Assembly: GCF_006345805.1 (NCBI RefSeq)
Contig: NC_043007.1
Location: 73,160,001 to 73,224,000 of the forward strand
From: Octopus sinensis
Lineage: Eukaryota
Reading direction: 5' to 3'
DNA length: 64,000 nucleotides
In this document: positions 33,786 to 45,807 of the stretch, in pieces
How positions within the stretch are numbered: the stretch's first letter is position 1
Layout of the letters: each line of letters starts with the position of its first letter
Notes under the pieces: generated by a model
Seen by the model: only the letters and a program-made list of their open reading frames with translations
What the model was told of the DNA's origin: nothing
Databases searched by the model: none
Program-made: the position numbers and the translations under genes

Positions 33786-36160
33786 TTGTTTTTGGCTTTT
33801 GTATGATCATCTTGTTTCAATTTGAATGCAGGATAATGATGGAGAAACCCGCAACTGTTGTTCGTTAATTCGCTGTCAGTACTGATCAGTATGACTATCC
33901 TGGACATGGGATTGCATTGGACAAAAGCACCCACTACACTCTCGGAGTGGTTGGCGTTAGGAAGGGCACCCAGCTGTAGAAACTCTGCCAGATCAGATTG
34001 GAGTCTGGTTCGCCATACCTCAGTCAAATCGTCCAACCCATGCTAGCATGGAAAGCGGACGTTAAATGATGATCATAATTGCATTAATGTCTGATTTTCC
34101 ATGCTAACATAGATCTGTACTATAGTATCTTTCCAAGATTCTCACATGTTTGAAAGATTCTCACTTGTTTGAAGGATTCTTTTGTTTGAAAGGACTAAAC
34201 TAAATTCTACACTGCCTTTTTCATGAGTTTTATCAGTCCCCTTCATGTTTGTGCATATATCCACTATCACTCTCAAAGTTACTTTATCACACAACATCAT
34301 ATGTCTATACTATGTTCAACTTATTTGAAGCTCACATTCAACAAATTGAACTTAGTTGATTCCTCTTTAATTTTTTCATTTCTACTAATTTTTATGCAAA
34401 TGTTTCATTACCATACAATATAATAACTCCATGATAAGGATCATATAATCAACTGTATAGAAAGAGAAATCTTTGTTAATAGCGAAAGCTGCTCTCTAAA
34501 CTAGGTACCTTTAACTCTAGGTACTCTGTCATATCTCACTCCATCTTTAGAAATAATTATCTCATTTAAATAACAAGCCATTCACTTAAGTAAACCATCT
34601 AAGAGGCTCATAATCTTCAGTTTTGGTTACATATTTTACAAAATTTGGCGCTACAGAAATTTTAATTCCTTAATTGTCTTCTGATTCCATGCAACATTTG
34701 TATACCTGGTTGTTATACATGCTATTCCTGTTCAACTAAACACGATCTTTTCTTAAACTTTAGCAACCCAAGTCACTGCTTTATAACTGAAAACTGGGAT
34801 TATTTAAAATCAGTTGGATAGGTCACTAAAATTTTATTTGCATTTGAACTTAAAAAAATATAATTAACTTCAGTTTCAACAGCCGAGCAAATTGAACAAA
34901 TGATAGTCACAATGGATATGGTATTTTATCGTCTTGCATAGATTTCAAATTTTCTTAAGCATTCCCTCCAAAATTGAATTTTACAGTTGTTCTTTTCAAT
35001 GTAGACGCTAACCTCTCATTAATATATTTTACTTTTTATTTATTCTTACAGCAATCAAGCATTTGCAGGGCTTTCTCTTAAATCTGACTGTACTTTATGG
35101 TATATGTGATCCGAAAAAAACTAACTACCTTCGAGTATTTACATACCCCAGTATAAGTCAAATTGAAAAATACAAAAATGTATGTATATTTTAGACCTTT
35201 ATTATTATTCTCTTTTTTAGCGTGAGAGATAATGTTTCAGCAAGAATATCATTGTTTTTGGCTTTTGTATGATCATTTTGTTTCAATTTGAATGCAGGAT
35301 AATGATGGAGAAACCCGCAACTGTTGTTTGTTAATTCGCTGTCAGTACTGATCAGTATGACTATCCTGGACATGGGATTGCATTGGACAAAAGCACCCAC
35401 TACACCCTCGGAGTGGTTGGCGTTAGGAAGGGCACCCAGCTGTAGAAACTCTGCCAGATCAGATTGGAGTCTGGTTCGCCAGACCTCAGTCAAATCGTCC
35501 AACCCATGCTAGCATGGAAAGCGAACGTTAAATGATAATGATGATGATTGACATCATAATTGCATTAATGTCTGATTTTCCATGCTAACATAGATCTGTA
35601 CTATAGTATCTTTCCAAGATTCTCACATGTTTGAAAGATTCTCACTTGTTTGAAGGATTCTTTTGTTTGAAAGGACTAAACTAAATTCTACACTGCCTTT
35701 TTCATGAGTTTTATCAGTCTCCTTCATGTTTGTGCATGTATCCACTATCACTCTCAAAGTTACTTTATCACACAACATCATATGTCTATACTATATACAA
35801 CTTATTTGAAGCTCACATTCAACAAATTGAACTTAGTTGATTCCTTTTTAATTTTTTCATTTCTACTAATTTTTATGCAAATGTTTCATTACCATACAAT
35901 ATAATAACTCCATGATAAGGATCATATAATCAACTGTATAGAAAGAGAAATCTTTGTTAATAGCGAAAGCTGCTCTCTAAACTAGGTACCTTTAACTCTA
36001 GGTACTCTGTCATATCTCACTCCATCTTTAGAAATAATTATCTCATTTAAATAACAAGCCATTCACATATGAGTCAAATTGAAAAATACAAAACTGTATG
36101 TATATTTTAGACCTTTATTATTATTCTCTTTTTTAGCCTGAGAGATAATGTTTCAGCAAG
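33776..36160. repeat. Local segmental duplication A-X-B-A'-B'
   Basis: 33776-34585 repeated at 35242-36066 and 35153-35245 repeated at 36067-36160 with few substitutions; both A copies carry the same RTE-SINE fragment. Confidence 0.95.
35052..35150 (+). CDS. IL17R: IL-17 receptor-like, exon 4
   Basis: TTCTTACAG acceptor; (T)IKHLQGFLLNLTVLYGICDPKKTNYLRVFTYP resembles IL17RD IEFLKGFRVIL; GTATAA donor, phase 1-1 (alternative phase-0 donor after 35134). Confidence 0.75.
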
Positions 36161-36214
36161 TTTAACGGTTGTTTTATTATAATTATATAACAATTAACGA
36201 TTACTTTGTTATAG

Positions 36215-36269
36215 GTTTTAACAATCCATTAAGCCTGAACTTACCTCTAGTTTTTGTTGCATTAACCAA
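36215..36269 (+). CDS. IL-17 receptor-like, candidate exon 5 (off by one base)
   Basis: TTTGTTATAG acceptor and CAA|GTGAGA donor; frame QSIKPELTSSFCCINQ fits, but 55 bp does not join phase 1 to phase 0. Confidence 0.4.
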
Positions 36270-36429
36270 GTGAGAAACATATTTTCACCTTGATATGGCA
36301 CCAGCTTATCACTAGTAACATTTCCAAGTGCTGCAAGCTCACAATTTTATAGTACAACTCCTTACTGCAGAGAATTGGATCACCTTATGGTAGCCTTTTA
36401 AAGGGATTTAGTCACTAAGTGTCTTGGTT

Positions 36430-36984
36430 ATGGACAGACCAAAGTGTTGCTGATAGGCTCTTAAATATTAACTTTTACTGGTGTCTAATATTTTAGCAAA
36501 TATTGTATTTTTGTTCATAGAAGCTTTGTAGAAATATAATATTTGAATTGTAATCATAAACAAAATTTTAGTTTACAGAGAAAAAAACTGGACTTCGAAA
36601 CCTGTATTGATTGTGTTTATTATGATGCCGCCTTCAGTAAAGTAGTCTTCACCATATGCAGTTGGTAATAAGTCTTGACTAGGAGCTGAAAACATTAATT
36701 ATTATATGTATTGCAACTTGGAGTGTTGTTGGCTGTTCTGAGATGATGGTTTGTTGAGTTGATGAATGAAAATGTATTTCTTGGGCTGTGTGAAGAAGTA
36801 ACTGACGACTCTGTAAACTAAAATTTTGTTTATGATTACAATTCAAATATTACATTTCTACAAAGCTTCTATGAACAAAAATACAATATTTGCTAATATC
36901 ATGTGTGATTAAGCTGATAAAAAAATTAGACACCAGTAAAAGTTAATATTTAAGAGCCTATCATCAACACTTTGGTTTGTCCAT
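36430..36984. repeat. Near-perfect inverted repeat, arms 36430-36580 and 36809-36984, 228-bp spacer
   Basis: Arms are reverse complements except few substitutions and a ~27-bp insertion in the right arm. Confidence 0.95.
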
Positions 36985-37059
36985 GAACAATTAACAGATT
37001 TTATTATTGCACATAGAATTTTAATGGTGTTAGTCTTTTACAAACAATAACAGCAATAA

Positions 37060-37420
37060 TTACATATTGGGAGAAACATACTGCATGGAGTTTATGGTAA
37101 GCTTATTGCTACAGCAATCTGTGGCTGGCCCAACATAACTAGAAATAAGTGTGCTATATTTGTGGTAACAAAAAATCTTGTTGACTATCAGACATCTGTC
37201 TTAACCAGGTGGTTAAGTGTTGCGAGAGTGGAGACACAACACATGGGTGTTTCAGCATTCTGCAATTACTGCTAAAAGTGGCTTTTTTATAGGATACAAG
37301 AAGATTCTAGAAGATTGACTTGTGCAATGACTTGATGCTGATTCGTTGCTTAATAGATCATGTGGAACTACTGTGGTTTGATCATGATGCATGACCGGTT
37401 ACCTGGAGGTTCAGTTTCGA
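37060..37420 (+). mobile_element. Possible Merlin/IS1016-like transposase remnant
   Basis: Frameshifted RVETQ.WVF....GFF resembling ISXO2 motif; highly degenerate. Confidence 0.25.
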
Positions 37421-37511
37421 ATCACCAGTACATATGTAATAAACAAAACTGTATTTTGAATGTGTTAATATTTAATTCACATTTCAATAACTTTTTTCGT
37501 TCTTGTGGCAG

Positions 37512-37641
37512 GAACTGTTTAGCTTAGAACTGAAACGTATTTGTCCAGCTGTCTGGGGATTAGAACTATATTCTTTGCCCAAAAGTAATTGCAGCGAAAA
37601 TGTGCAGCGCCAGATTCTGCTTGTGCCCCACCCTGACAAAG
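37512..37641 (+). CDS. IL17R: IL-17 receptor-like, exon 6
   Basis: GGCAG acceptor; ELFSLELKRICPAVWGLELYSLPKSNCSENVQRQILLVPHPDK is the only open frame; AAG|GTAAGT donor, phase 0-1. Confidence 0.8.
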
Positions 37642-37659
37642 GTAAGTTAACTTTATAAT

Positions 37660-38065
37660 ATTGGGTTTAAATGTAGGCTAAGCCAGCAAATTCGGGAGAT
37701 GGGGTTAAGTTGATTACATCAACCCAAGTACTCAACTGGTACTTATTTTCGCAACCTTGAAAGGATGAAAAGGCAAAGTCGACCTCAGTGGAATTTGAAC
37801 TCAGAATGTAAAAGCAGATGAAATGCTGCTAAGCATTTTATCTGGCATGCTAATAATTCTGCCAGCTCACCACCTTAACCTCAACCAAATATTGGTTTCA
37901 AATTTTGGCACAAGGCCAGCAGTTTTGGGGGTTGGAGTTAATCAATTACATTGATTCCAGTGCTCAACTGGTACTTATTTTATGAACCCCAAAACGTTGA
38001 AAGTCAAAGTCAACCTTGATGGAATTTGATCACAGAACATAAAGATGGACAAGATGTCACTAAGC
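37660..38065 (-). mobile_element. Two tandem tRNA-derived SINEs
   Basis: Two CTCAACTGGTACTTATTTT...AAAGTCRACCT..GGAATTTGA units; first ends GCCAGCTCACCACCTT. Confidence 0.8.
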
Positions 38066-39329
38066 ATAAGTAAACATTGTAATACTGAATATTCAACGTA
38101 AATAGGAGTTAAGCTATTTTATGTGGTTGTAACCATTTCTACATCCAGCATTTCATTAATTATTAATCAAATCTATTTTAAGTTGACGTGATAGTACACT
38201 TAGTTGTGAAGGTTTTGCAATGGGCATGTGGTACTACTTGCCACAACTTCAAGGTCCTGCTTGGGCTGGTGCAGAGCTATACTTCTTTCTTGAAACCTTA
38301 ACAGTAGACTAACAAGATAAGAAATAAACGTCTGCCTGAATTTCTTAGTGTTACCTATGGATGAAGCTTTGGTATGGAACATTGTTGAGGAATAAACGGT
38401 TGTATCATATACATAGTGGTGGGCATAGCTAGAGTGATAGTCAATAGATTATTGCTGTAGAGGAAGACAGTTGTGATGGGCAGAGCCAACCATTGGGGCA
38501 TCTTGAAGTACAGTTTTGTCAGATTAATATTGCACACATTGTCAACTGATTTTATGATGTTGAGTGTAACACAGCTTTCAGTAATTTTCTTAAAGGCGAG
38601 TGACATAAAGTAAATCTCTAGTAGATCTGATTTTATGGAAGCCTTACTTGTTACTATTAAAAAGAGAGAGAGAGAGAGGTCTATAACCCTTCAGCATTCA
38701 GATTATTCTATCAAATGTAATGCTTATTTACATTGTTTTGAATTAATCATATTAACAGCTTTATATTAGTGGATGATGGATTGGACTATGGGAAAGGGGT
38801 ACAGTGCAGGTTCATGTAGGGGATCTGTTAGGCTACACATACCTAATAGGGGAAGAGAGAGAAAATGAACATTAGGAATTGCAAAAGATAATAGCAATGA
38901 GGTGCTTAGATGACCTCACAATGTACAAGGTAAGTTGAATCAATTTGCAAGATTGTATTGGAAGATGAATGAAGGGTTAGTGGGAGTGGAGGCAGATTGC
39001 CAAAATGGGTATGGTTGAAGGGTGGATGAGCAAGGAGCTATGAGTTGGGGGGGAGATAGAGGATGGCGAAAAGAGTGGTTGGAGAGGCAAGTAGCATGAA
39101 TAGTAAAGATGATAGAATTGATTGTGTGGATGACATGAATGGTAATCTGCAGGAGCCAGGGGTCAGGGAGAAGAGGTAGGCCTAATGCATGAGAGGTGGG
39201 GATGAGTTATATAAGGTGGGTGGAGAGTACAATAAAAAGCACTTCTAGAACTTGGCTTCACTGAAGAGGTTGAGTCTTTTCAACAACCTCATATCACCAG
39301 ATATCCCAGCCCTTTGTCATCTCCTCTAT

Positions 39330-39720
39330 CAGGCTCAGTGGTGTCCAGAGGTCAGCCTTCACCATTTCATCCCATCTTCCTGGGTCTTCCTCTTCCTCAG
39401 GTTCCAGCCACATTAAGTGAACAGTGCTTCTAAATACAACCGTTCTCATCCATATGCATTATTTGTCCACACTAGCAGTCTTATTTCTTGCACACAACAA
39501 CTAATTCCTCTAATGACCAGTTTTTCTCTCAGTACCTTTGTACTGATTCTTTCATGCATACTAATGTTGCATGTCCAGCGGAGCATACTCACTTCATTTC
39601 TTTTTAGTCTTCCTAAGTACTCTGCATTCAAGGCCCATGTCACACTACCATGCAGCATTGCAGTTTTAACACCAGCATCATACAATCTGCCTTTCACTCT
39701 GAGGGTAAAGATTTCTTTTT
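39330..39720 (-). mobile_element. RTE LINE fragment
   Basis: KGRLYDAGVKTAMLHGSVTWAL...EVSMLRWTCNIS..ERIS...LREKL followed by GRGRPRK-like motif. Confidence 0.85.
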
Positions 39721-39782
39721 GTCAGCAGTGGTAAATTTGTCAGTAAAATTGTAATGAAAGTATTAACATAGTTCATTGTTAA

Positions 39783-40003
39783 CTCTTTAGCATTTAAACT
39801 GATCTTATCCAACCCAAATATTCTACCTTGTTTTATGTTTAAATCAGCCAGATCCAGCATCTCACACCAGCCCTACAATGTCATTCAAAACATAAACAAT
39901 AACATCATCGATATCTTAAAGCTACAAGTTAATACCTGATTAATTCAAAACAATGTGAATTAAGAAGTATTACATTTAACGGAGTAATCTGAATGCTAAG
40001 GAG
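39783..40003. mobile_element. piggyBac-family MITE
   Basis: TTAA + CTCTTTAGCATT ... AATGCTAAGGAG; related copies ~53975-54177 (ends GGG+TTAA), 38685-38750, 47335-47410. Confidence 0.75.
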
Positions 40004-40834
40004 TTCTATTTTGAGAACAAATTTCTCTGAAATGATTGTAGCAAGAGTCTGACCTTGTTATATTCAGGGTGTAGCAACAATATGAATGTAAATTCTCAAA
40101 TTTACATCTTGCTTTGGTAGACTAAAGTACAATGCCCTGGACAGGCTGGCATCAACAGATATGCCTATGTCATCATTTTTTAGACTAATCAACTAATGCA
40201 CCAGCCTGTTCATTCACGTAGACAAACTAGTATCAACTGACATGCTTATGTCATCATCTTTCTGACCAGTCATCTTAATACATATATTTGTCAACAATCA
40301 TGCCTACTGCATTCCCTTTCAAACTGGTTAATGACTATATATTATTATGCATTAACATTTGAAAGTGCCATCATTGAAGAACTTAACCATCTGGAATTGG
40401 ACATGCAACCCAATCTAGAGTGGCAGATTTAGTTGGCACAACCCAAAGACAATACTACATTGCAGTGTGACAGTCAACACAGTGAAGGTAGCAATAGCCA
40501 GTATCTGTGGGAGTAAGCATGGTAGACATGGTCACAACGGACAAAACAAATGATAGACTCCCAGGTATAAAATCAATCAGTCCTTTTACTGATAGCCTAG
40601 ATATAGTCATACAGAATAGCAACCAGCTTGGCAACCATATTTTCAATCAGATGTACAGCTGAACTTACTCAAGTTCTTCACATTGTCTCTTATCAATAAC
40701 CTAGATACCTGACCTTTTCATAGCCAATGGTTTTACCAGTGGTACTGAACTGGTTCTACAACTATGCAAACAAACAAACACACACTATATGTGTGTGTGT
40801 ATAGATATAATATATATATATATATGTGTGTGTG

Positions 40835-41085
40835 TGTGGCACGTAAAATGCACCATCCGATCATGGCCGTTTGCCAGCCTCGTCTGGCACCTGCGCCGGT
40901 GGCATGTAAAAAGCACCCACTACACTTATGGAGTGGTTGGCATTAGGAAGGGCATCCAGCTGTAGAAACATTGCCAGATCAGACTGGGCCTGGTGCAGTC
41001 TTCTGGCTTCCCAGACTCCAGTTGCACCATCCAACCCATGCCAGCATGGAAAGCGGATGCTAAACGATGATGATGATGATGATGA
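40835..41085 (+). mobile_element. RTE-tailed SINE
   Basis: Same body, (GAT)n tail. Confidence 0.85.
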
Positions 41086-41124
41086 TATATATATATATAT
41101 GTATGTATATATAAAGGATAAAGA

Positions 41125-41360
41125 CCCCCTTGGGTCATGAATGACCATGGGGTTGCACTTAGAATGTTACCCCCCAAGGCACAAGTTCAAGCAAGGTTGT
41201 TTATGGAAGACCAGCAGTCACCCATGCATACCAGCCTCCCCTCTCCATGCCACTGATGTTATCCAAGGGAAAGGCAAAGACTGATACAGCTTGGCACCAG
41301 TGACATCACAACTCAATTCTACAGCTGAGTGAACTGGAGCAATGTGAAATAAAGTGTCAT
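41125..41360 (-). mobile_element. Fourth SINE family fragment (related copies 45115-45300 +, 47765-48055 -, 57410-57610 -)
   Basis: ATGAATGACCATGGG.TTGCAC..AGAA.GTTACC...GGAAGACCAGCAGTC...CTACAGCTGAGTG shared; 45115 copy shows tRNA-like head and TTGAGCAAGACACT CORE-like box. Confidence 0.7.
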
Positions 41361-41769
41361 ATCATATAATCATCATTTTAATGTCCACTGTTCCATGCTT
41401 GCATAGGTTGGACAAAATTTGTTAAGGTAAATTTTCTACAACCAGATGCTCTGCCTGTCTCCAACCCTCACTGTTTTCAAAAAGGTAATCTTTCCTCCAT
41501 GGCAGGACATGATTTCATGAAGACTTGTAAACAAAGAATACCATGCCAGCATGGAAAATGAACAGTAAATAATAATAATGATGATGATGAAGACATACAA
41601 TGTGCTTCTTTTAGTCTCTGTCAACCAAATCTACTCACCAGGTTTTGGTTGATCTGGGGTTATAGTAGAAGACATTTGCCTTGTGTGGCTGTACAGTGGG
41701 ACTGAACCCTGAACTAATTGGTTGGGAAGCAAGCTGTAGGCTTCTTAACCATACACCTGCACTTGTGTG

Positions 41770-41874
41770 TGCACATATATACACACACAGACATCTCAAA
41801 AGTAAATAGACACCCCTTATTTTGCATGTGCATGTGTATATATATGTATACATACATGTATATATACATGTGTG

Positions 41875-41948
<74 letters not shown>

Positions 41949-41980
41949 ATACACACACACACATACATGTATGTGTATAA
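41770..41980. repeat. (TA)n/(CA)n microsatellite
   Basis: Direct reading. Confidence 0.9.
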
Positions 41981-42056
41981 AGTATATCCAGTAACGTTAC
42001 ACTGCTATATGTAGTGGCTATTTAAGCAATGAGTTCATGGATGGTTAATGTGTTAG

Positions 42057-42108
42057 ATGGGTGCTGATGAAGGAGCAAAAACTCCCGAAATATGTTATAT
42101 ATGCCTAT
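42057..42108 (+). ncRNA. Type I hammerhead ribozyme in sense orientation within IL17R intron 6
   Basis: AUGGGUG-CUGAUGA-A-GGAG(CAAAAA)CUCC-C-GAA-AUAU(GUU)AUAU-A-UGCCUAU: full core, AUA triplet, 7-bp stem I with G.U pairs. Confidence 0.7.
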
Positions 42109-42269
42109 TATCTCTTTTTTCATTCTCGATCTCATTGTTTACATCTGGCATCTTGAATATGAAACATTGTAACAAAATCAGTGCTGGCTATAATTTCTAT
42201 GTAAAGCTGTAGAGATGACCTTAACATGTCATATATATATATCAAAATCAAAATCAAAATCGATCAACA

Positions 42270-42545
42270 TCAATGGGAATTGTAGCTGTGACACCAGTGC
42301 CGGTGGCACGTAATAACACCATCCGATCGTGGCCGTTTGCCAGCCTCATCTGGCACCTGTGCCGGTGGCACGTAAAAAGCACCCACTACACTCACGGAGT
42401 GGTTGGCGTTAGCAAGGGCATCCAGCCGTAGAAACATTGCCAGATCAGACTGGGCCTGGTGCAGCCTTCTGGCTTCCCAGACCCCAGTTGAACCGTCCAA
42501 CCCATGCTAGCATGGAAAGTGGATGCTAAATGATGATGATGATGA
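42270..42545 (+). mobile_element. RTE-tailed SINE with 5' subrepeats
   Basis: GTGCCGGTGGCACG twice, GGCATCCAGCCGTAGAAAC, (GAT)n tail. Confidence 0.9.
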
Positions 42546-43397
42546 TATATTGCCAAGAAGACAACCAATCTGAAAAAGAAATATCTGGAAGTTTAAGGAT
42601 CCTCTGAATGGTCAGAAATTCAGAGATGTTTTTACATGAAGCATTTGATGAGAAAGAGGGAGTTATAAAAACATATAACATAGAGGACAACTGGAGGTTC
42701 TTATGGGACAACTTGAGGGCTGCTGACCAAAATCCCCAATTGCCAAATTTCACTTAAAACTTCAACAGTGCTTTTCTCAATGTAAAACAATAGTTTTTCT
42801 GTGAATGACAGCATTTATACATTTCCCAGTTGCCTTCGCTAAGCAGAATAATGTCTTTGCCGCTTGAACCTTCTAACCTCTTCTAGGCCACCACTGGCTG
42901 GAATGGAGATAACGGACCTCCAACGAAATCATTTGTTATCAAAAATATATCTATCCTTCTGGCTGCTTTTTGATAGTTATAAAAACAAGAACTCTGTAAG
43001 CTAAAGGTAGTTACTGAGAATGACCATCAGTGAGCGTGTACGTCATTATTGTACTTTCTTCAAACACTTCATTCATTTATTTATATAACCTCTCTCACCA
43101 ACCTCCAGCAATCTCTCCCTCCTCCAGCTGACAGTTTTTTGTACTTTTTCATGATAGAAAATACAAAAATACACCTTTTGTGGCAGTTATAATGAAATTG
43201 CTTTCTTATATCAGAGTAGTAAGGCGTTTCAATAAAACATCTTTACCCCCGAGAATTACCAGGTACACCAGCTAGTTTATCATAAGTAAACTGTCATAGA
43301 AGTACTGAATTTGCACTTTATCTTCTTTCATATCAGCTATATAGTTATTCATATTTTGTTCAAGAGAATTGCCACGTAGGATATAAACTCATATTAC

Positions 43398-43560
43398 ACT
43401 CACGGAGTGGTTGGCGTTAGGAAGGGCATCCAGCCGTAGAAACACTGCCAGATTTGACTGGGCCTGATGAAGCCTTCTGGCTTCACAGACCCCAGTAGAA
43501 CCGTCCAACCCATGCTAGCATGGAAAACGGACGCTAAATGACGATGATGATGATGATGAT
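43398..43560 (+). mobile_element. RTE-tailed SINE (5' truncated)
   Basis: CTCACGGAGTGGTTGGCGTTAGGAAGGGCATCC...(GAT)n. Confidence 0.85.
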
Positions 43561-43911
43561 TTCTGGCTGTAATGTATTGTGTGTTTCTACAATTGATCAT
43601 TAGTATGGTGCACTGCCACAATAGTTTTGTTGTCATCAACTCATTGCAAATAGCTGATAGGTAGATGAATGTTTATTAACATTCCTTTCACCTTTCTAGA
43701 ATTTTTCGTTTAGACAATTAAAAAAAAAGTTTTATAAAAATAAGTCATTAAATAATGTAAGACATATATCAGGTCTAGGTTGTGTCTGTTGAAGGAGGTT
43801 TAAAAAAATATGATCGCTTGATATAGCTGCCAACATACTATAAGTAATTATTCATAAGTTTGTGCTAACAGACTGTGATATTTTGGCTTGTTTTCATTGT
43901 TTCATTATTAG

Positions 43912-44013
43912 TCACAATTATTGTGCCAAACAGCTCCCTAGTCTATGATGCTTGGTCTCCTACCTGTAATACAACCACATTTAGATGCAGGGCATATTTT
44001 GATACATCTGAAA
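43912..44013 (+). CDS. IL17R: IL-17 receptor-like, exon 7
   Basis: TTATTAG acceptor; (V)TIIVPNSSLVYDAWSPTCNTTTFRCRAYFDTSE; GTAAAA donor chosen because it gives phase 1 needed for exon 8. Confidence 0.6.
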
Positions 44014-44090
44014 GTAAAACAAAAAGCATGTCTTATTCACTGGTACATACAATACTTCTAATGAATAGTTTGTTACATTTGTATTCCCAA

Positions 44091-44500
44091 ATACTCTTTT
44101 ACTTGTTTCAGTCATTTGACTGCGGCCATGCTGGAGCACCACCTTTAGTCGAGCAAATCAACCCCGGGACTTATTCTTTGTAAGCCCAGTACTTATTCTA
44201 TCGGTCTCTTTTGCCGAACCGCTAAGTGACGGGGACGTAAACACACCAGCATCGGTTGTCAAGCAATGCTAGAGGGACAAACACAGACACACAGACATAT
44301 GCACACACATACATATGTATATATATATACATATATATGACAGGCTTCTTTCAGTTTCCGTCTACCAAATCTACTCACAAGGCTTTGGTCGGCCAGAGGC
44401 TATAGCAGAAGACACTTGCCCAAGATGCCATGCAGTGGGACTGAACCCGGAACCATGTGGTTGGTTAGCAAGCTACTTACCACACAGCCACTCCTGCACC
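44091..44500 (-). mobile_element. Full-length CORE-type SINE
   Basis: Reverse complement of 20647/49076 copies. Confidence 0.9.
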
Positions 44501-44541
44501 TATACATGCTACTTTAACCCTTTTTTTTTTTTATATTTCAG

Positions 44542-44717
44542 GCAAGGATCGTGGTTCTTGGCAAAGTCCAATGACAATCACATACAGCTATCCTTTGCAT
44601 AACATTGAAGTAAACTTCACAAAAGCTCCAGAAAGTTTCAATTTTGAAAACTATAATATTTCTCTTAAGAAAAATAATGTAGTTATTCATTATAAAATCA
44701 TAAATAAAATTGAAGAG
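44542..44717 (+). CDS. IL17R: IL-17 receptor-like, exon 8 (second FN3-like domain)
   Basis: T-run+TTTCAG acceptor; KDRGSWQSPMTITYSYPLHNIEVNFTKAPESFNFENYNISLKK resembles IL17RD [37 protein letters not shown] donor. Confidence 0.9.
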
Positions 44718-44794
44718 GTGAGTTATATTTTAATTTACTTTATTTTCAGTTAATATTAAGACCAGACGAAGCTGGCAACAGCCAAAGCACCATC

Positions 44795-45075
44795 TGACCA
44801 TGGCCGTTGCCAGCTTCCTCTGGTCCCCGTGCCGGTGGCACGTAAAAAGCACCATCCGTTCGTGGCCATCTACCAGCCTCGTCTGACACCTGTGCCGGTG
44901 GCACGTAAAAAGCACCCACTACACTCATGGAGTGGTTGGCATTAGGAAGGGCATCCAGCTGTAGAAACACTGCCAGATCAGACTGGGCCTGGTGCAGCCT
45001 TCTGGCTTTCCAGACCCCAGTTGAACCGTCCAACCCATGCCAGCATGGAAAGCGGACGTTAAATGATGATGATGA
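44795..45075 (+). mobile_element. RTE-tailed SINE with 5' subrepeats
   Basis: Two GTGCCGGTGGCACGTAAAAAGCAC units, (GAT)n tail. Confidence 0.9.
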
Positions 45076-45314
45076 TAAAGCATTTGATATTTGTAGTTGT
45101 ATAGTTGCCTGAAGACTTGTGGCTTAGTGGTTAGGGTATTCAGCTCATGATAAGGTTGTAAGTTCAATTCTTGGTGGCATATTGCGTCTTTGAGCAAGAC
45201 ACTTTATTTTCACATTGCTCCAGTTCACTCAGCTGGTAAAAATCAGTAGTACCTGTATTTCAAAGGGCCAGCCATGTCACATGCTGAATCTCTCTAAGAA
45301 CTATGTTAAGAGTA

Positions 45315-45710
45315 CGCAGGAGTGGCTGTATGGTAAGTAGCTTGCTTACCAACCATATGGTTCCGGGTTCAGTCCCACTGCGTGGCACCTTGGGCAAGTG
45401 ACTTCTACTCTAGCCTCAGGCCGACCAAAGCCTTGTGAGTGGATTTGGTAGTCAGAAACTGAAAGAAGCCCGTCGTATATATGTATATATATATATGTGT
45501 GCGTGTATGCCTGATTGGCTCCTGTGCTGGTGGCATGTAAAAAGTACCCACTACACTCACGGAGTGGTTGGCGTTAGGAAGAGCATCCAGCTGTAGAAAC
45601 ATTGCCAGATCAGATAGGAGCCTGGTGCAGCCGCTGGCTCTCCAGATCTTGGTAAAACCATCCAACCCATGCCAGCATGGAAAAACAGACGTTAAACGAT
45701 AATGTTGATG
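45315..45710 (+). mobile_element. 5' half of CORE-SINE fused to RTE-tailed SINE
   Basis: CGCAGGAGTGGCTG head to 45485, then GGTGGCATGTAAAAAGTACCCAC...GCATGGAAAAACAGACGTTAAAC. Confidence 0.8.
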
Positions 45711-45759
45711 ATATTCCTTGCTAAATTAAACCATAACACTTTACATTTTTATTTTCTAG

Positions 45760-45807
45760 CCATCTGTTACTTTCGAAGTTGATGTTTCTGGAAAATATGT
45801 TGTAATG
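45760..45807 (+). CDS. IL17R: IL-17 receptor-like, exon 9
   Basis: TTTTCTAG acceptor; PSVTFEVDVSGKYVVM; ATG|GTAAAC donor; phase 0-0. Confidence 0.8.

Noticed and set aside
35191-35502. Minus-strand ORF (and duplicate 33752-34036)
   Set aside because: N-terminus is SINE sequence; remainder has no recognisable domain or splice support
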